Of a stretch of 58,147 bases of DNA, positions 56,085-58,147 are shown piece by piece (the stretch's first letter is position 1; each line of letters starts with the position of its first letter). The stretch comes from an uncultured Thermodesulfovibrio sp. (GTDB lineage: Bacteria > Nitrospirota > Thermodesulfovibrionia > Thermodesulfovibrionales > JdFR-85): contig CAZITN010000003.1 of assembly GCA_964542175.1 (NCBI GenBank), positions 4,249-62,395 of the forward strand. The letters are read 5' to 3'. The translations under genes and the position numbers were made by a program. Below the pieces are notes generated by a model. It made no database searches. It was not told where the DNA came from and saw nothing but the letters and a program-made list of their open reading frames with translations.

Positions 56085-56420
56085 ATGTCTAAAACCAAAT
56101 ACACAGGGCTTGGAAGCATAATCGCCTCGTTTCTTGCAGCCTCGTGCTGCGTGGGACCTGCAATCTTTGTGATCTTTGGCACATCGGCAGGTTTTTTCAG
56201 CAAACTCACCTTCCTGGATAAATACCGCCCCTATCTCTTAGGAGCGGCCTTCCTTATGCTTGGCTATTCCTTTGTTAATCTCTACATCAGGAAACCATCC
56301 TGCGACTGTGCTGAAGACATAAGAAACAGAAAGATTGCCAAGGGGATATTCTGGGTGGGCCTTGTGGCGGTTGTCTTTTCGCTCACCTTCAGGAAAATAC
56401 TGCTCTGGCTTTACAGTTAG
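56085..56420 (+). CDS. merT: mercuric ion transporter MerT
   Basis: Three TM helices, CCVGP in TM1, LDKYRPYLLGAA and a second Cys pair (SCDC) in the TM2-TM3 loop. Collinear with Tn501 MerT. Confidence 0.88.
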   Translation: MSKTKYTGLGSIIASFLAASCCVGPAIFVIFGTSAGFFSKLTFLDKYRPYLLGAAFLMLGYSFVNLYIRKPSCDCAEDIRNRKIAKGIFWVGLVAVVFSLTFRKILLWLYS

Positions 56421-56432
56421 GATCCATGAACA

Positions 56433-57839
56433 ATGGAATATGAACTCATAATCATTGGTGCCGGTGCTGCGGGGTTTGCCGCAGCCTTCAAGGCAGAGGA
56501 GCTTGGTGTAAAAACCCTGATGATAAACGACAGCACCCATCTGCCCCTCGGTGGCACATGTGTGAATGTCGGCTGTATCCCCTCCAAGATACTGCTTCAT
56601 CAGGCTGGTCTTTACTACCAGAGTCTGAAGAGCCACTTTAGTGCCCTTTCCCTGTCGGGCAGCATAGATTTCCTGGAGGCTCTCAAAGAGACCCGCGAGA
56701 TGGTGTCAGAGTTTCAGGAAGGCAACTATAGGGATAACCTGAAGGGGCTTCAATACATCCGTTTAATAGAAGGAAGAGGAAGGCTTCTTGATGCAAACAC
56801 TGTTGAGACCGGTAAGGAGAGATTCAAGGGGAAATATATCCTCATTTCAACAGGGGCTTCCACATTCATCCCGCCAGTAAGGGGGATCAGGGATGTTGAC
56901 TTTCTCACCAACCGGACAATCTTCAGCCTTGAAGAAAGACCCCGGTCTATTGTCATACTTGGTGGAGGACCTGAGGCGGTGGAGTTTGCACAGATATTTC
57001 ACCGTTTCGGGATAAAAACAAGTCTTATACAGCGCTCCGACAGGATACTTACAAAATTTGAAGGCACCCTTGCCGGAAGACTCCAGGCAATCCTTGAAGA
57101 AGAGGGAATAGAGATTCATACCGGCACAAGGCTTCTTGAGGTAAGCAGGAACAACGGCCACGTGGAGGTGAGGTTCAATAAGGCAGGTGAAGACACCATG
57201 ACGGTAAGGGCTGAAAAACTCCTTGTGGCAACGGGGCTCAGGGGAAATACAAATGGACTTGGCCTTCCAGATGCGGGTGTTGAGACAATGGGGATGGGCT
57301 TTGTGAGGACCAACGATTATATGCAAAGCAGCCAGCCTCACATTTATGCTGCAGGTGACGTAGCAGGCACCATCGCCCTTGAGACCGTGGCGGCAAGAGA
57401 GGGAAGGGTTGCAGTGGAGAATATGTTTGAAGGTCGCAAAAGTGTGATTGAATACGAGATTGTGCCACGGGCAGTATTTACTGATCCGGAACTTGCCTCA
57501 GTGGGTACAACTGAGGAGGAGTACAGCAGGAAGTACGGAAGGTGTCTCTGTAGCAGCCTTGAGCTGAAGCACCTCGAACGGGCGGCCCTTGAGAGGAGGA
57601 CCGATGGATTGATTAACATGGTTATTCATCCTGATACCAGAGTTGTCTTGGGGGTTCATATGGTTGGCGCCAGGGCCTCTGAGGTGATCACTGCTGCCAC
57701 CTATGCTGTCAAGAACCGTATGAGCATCTATCAGATACGTGAAACAGTGCACATCTTCCCCACCATGGGTGAGGCCCTGAAAAAGGTGGCCCAGAGTTTT
57801 GACAGGGATCCCGGTAAGATGCCATGCTGTATAGAGTGA
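56433..57839 (+). CDS. merA: mercuric reductase (core MerA without NmerA domain)
   Basis: GGTCVNVGCIPSK redox disulfide, FAD/NAD folds and the C-terminal vicinal Cys pair in AQSFDRDPGKMPCCIE, as in MerA. Confidence 0.88.
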   Translation: MEYELIIIGAGAAGFAAAFKAEELGVKTLMINDSTHLPLGGTCVNVGCIPSKILLHQAGLYYQSLKSHFSALSLSGSIDFLEALKETREMVSEFQEGNYRDNLKGLQYIRLIEGRGRLLDANTVETGKERFKGKYILISTGASTFIPPVRGIRDVDFLTNRTIFSLEERPRSIVILGGGPEAVEFAQIFHRFGIKTSLIQRSDRILTKFEGTLAGRLQAILEEEGIEIHTGTRLLEVSRNNGHVEVRFNKAGEDTMTVRAEKLLVATGLRGNTNGLGLPDAGVETMGMGFVRTNDYMQSSQPHIYAAGDVAGTIALETVAAREGRVAVENMFEGRKSVIEYEIVPRAVFTDPELASVGTTEEEYSRKYGRCLCSSLELKHLERAALERRTDGLINMVIHPDTRVVLGVHMVGARASEVITAATYAVKNRMSIYQIRETVHIFPTMGEALKKVAQSFDRDPGKMPCCIE

Positions 57840-57970
57840 AGACGGGCAATAGGCAAAAGGCGATAGGCTATAGGTTTAGATGGTGAAGCGGAGAAGGGAA
57901 AAGACAGGGAGTAGGGTGTAAAATCCTAAACACGAATATCGAAATCCTAAACAACATTAAGGAATATAAT

Positions 57971-58103
57971 GAAGAAGCCTGCGGCAAGACCGCAAGGTAT
58001 CTTCGATATGTAAGGAAGTTTTATCTTATTACATTCGCTCGCTAACCCCGTGGCAAGACCACGGGGATCGATACGATTAAAAATGCGCTCGCTGCCACAT
58101 CTG
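57971..58103 (+). repeat. intergenic repeat family A, copy 3
   Basis: Aligns with 49817-49935. Hairpin CCCCGTGG-CAAGA-CCACGGGG (58046-66). It has a 14-nt insertion before the AATGCGCTCG block. Confidence 0.88.
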
Positions 58104-58147
58104 TACAAAATAATTTTATGGAGAGGCGGCAAGGCTCCAAGAATACA
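58101..58147 (+). repeat. partial copy of the internal segment of repeat family C, truncated by the window edge
   Basis: CTGTACAAAATAATTTTATGGAGAGGCGGCAAGGCTCCAAGAATACA matches the reverse complement of about 24214-24260, with a 23-nt identical core. Confidence 0.6.

Overview
58.1-kb bacterial chromosomal window with about 50 tightly packed protein genes. I found no rRNA, tRNA, CRISPR array or transposase. Positions 1-37.8 kb are core housekeeping: nadC, valS, larB, bioF, radA, thiD, two periplasmic PPIases, a TPP-riboswitch-controlled thiS-thiG-X-thiE-thiC operon, a polyprenyl synthase, guaA/guaB, a two-subunit 2-oxoacid:ferredoxin oxidoreductase, a ClC channel, rdgB-rph-murI-GerMN-amidase and fabG-acpP-fabF-rnc. 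Positions 37.9-57.8 kb form a sulfur and thiophilic-metal block. It contains a periplasmic DUF255 thioredoxin-domain protein, a truncated Sox set (thioredoxin, DsrE-like, soxXYZAB, no soxCD) and a split three-component regulator (tandem PhnD-type binding protein, HAMP kinase, sigma54 activator). These are followed by a sigma54-driven YeeE/DUF302/TusA operon, an MFS exporter, a radical SAM/SPASM enzyme translationally coupled to merR, and a mer-like operon (MerR operator, secreted DsrE-like protein, merT, merA). At least three families of structured intergenic repeats occur (A, B, C), and two show compensatory stem changes between copies. The gene content hints at an anaerobe or microaerophile such as Nitrospirota or Desulfobacterota, but that is only a guess. 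The best novelty candidates are (1) the binding-protein-dependent sigma54 circuit with shared TGAACAG sites flanking sox and yeeE, (2) the rSAM/SPASM-merR-mer module, and (3) the covarying repeat families. All calls come from reading the sequence and ORF translations by eye, with no database search.
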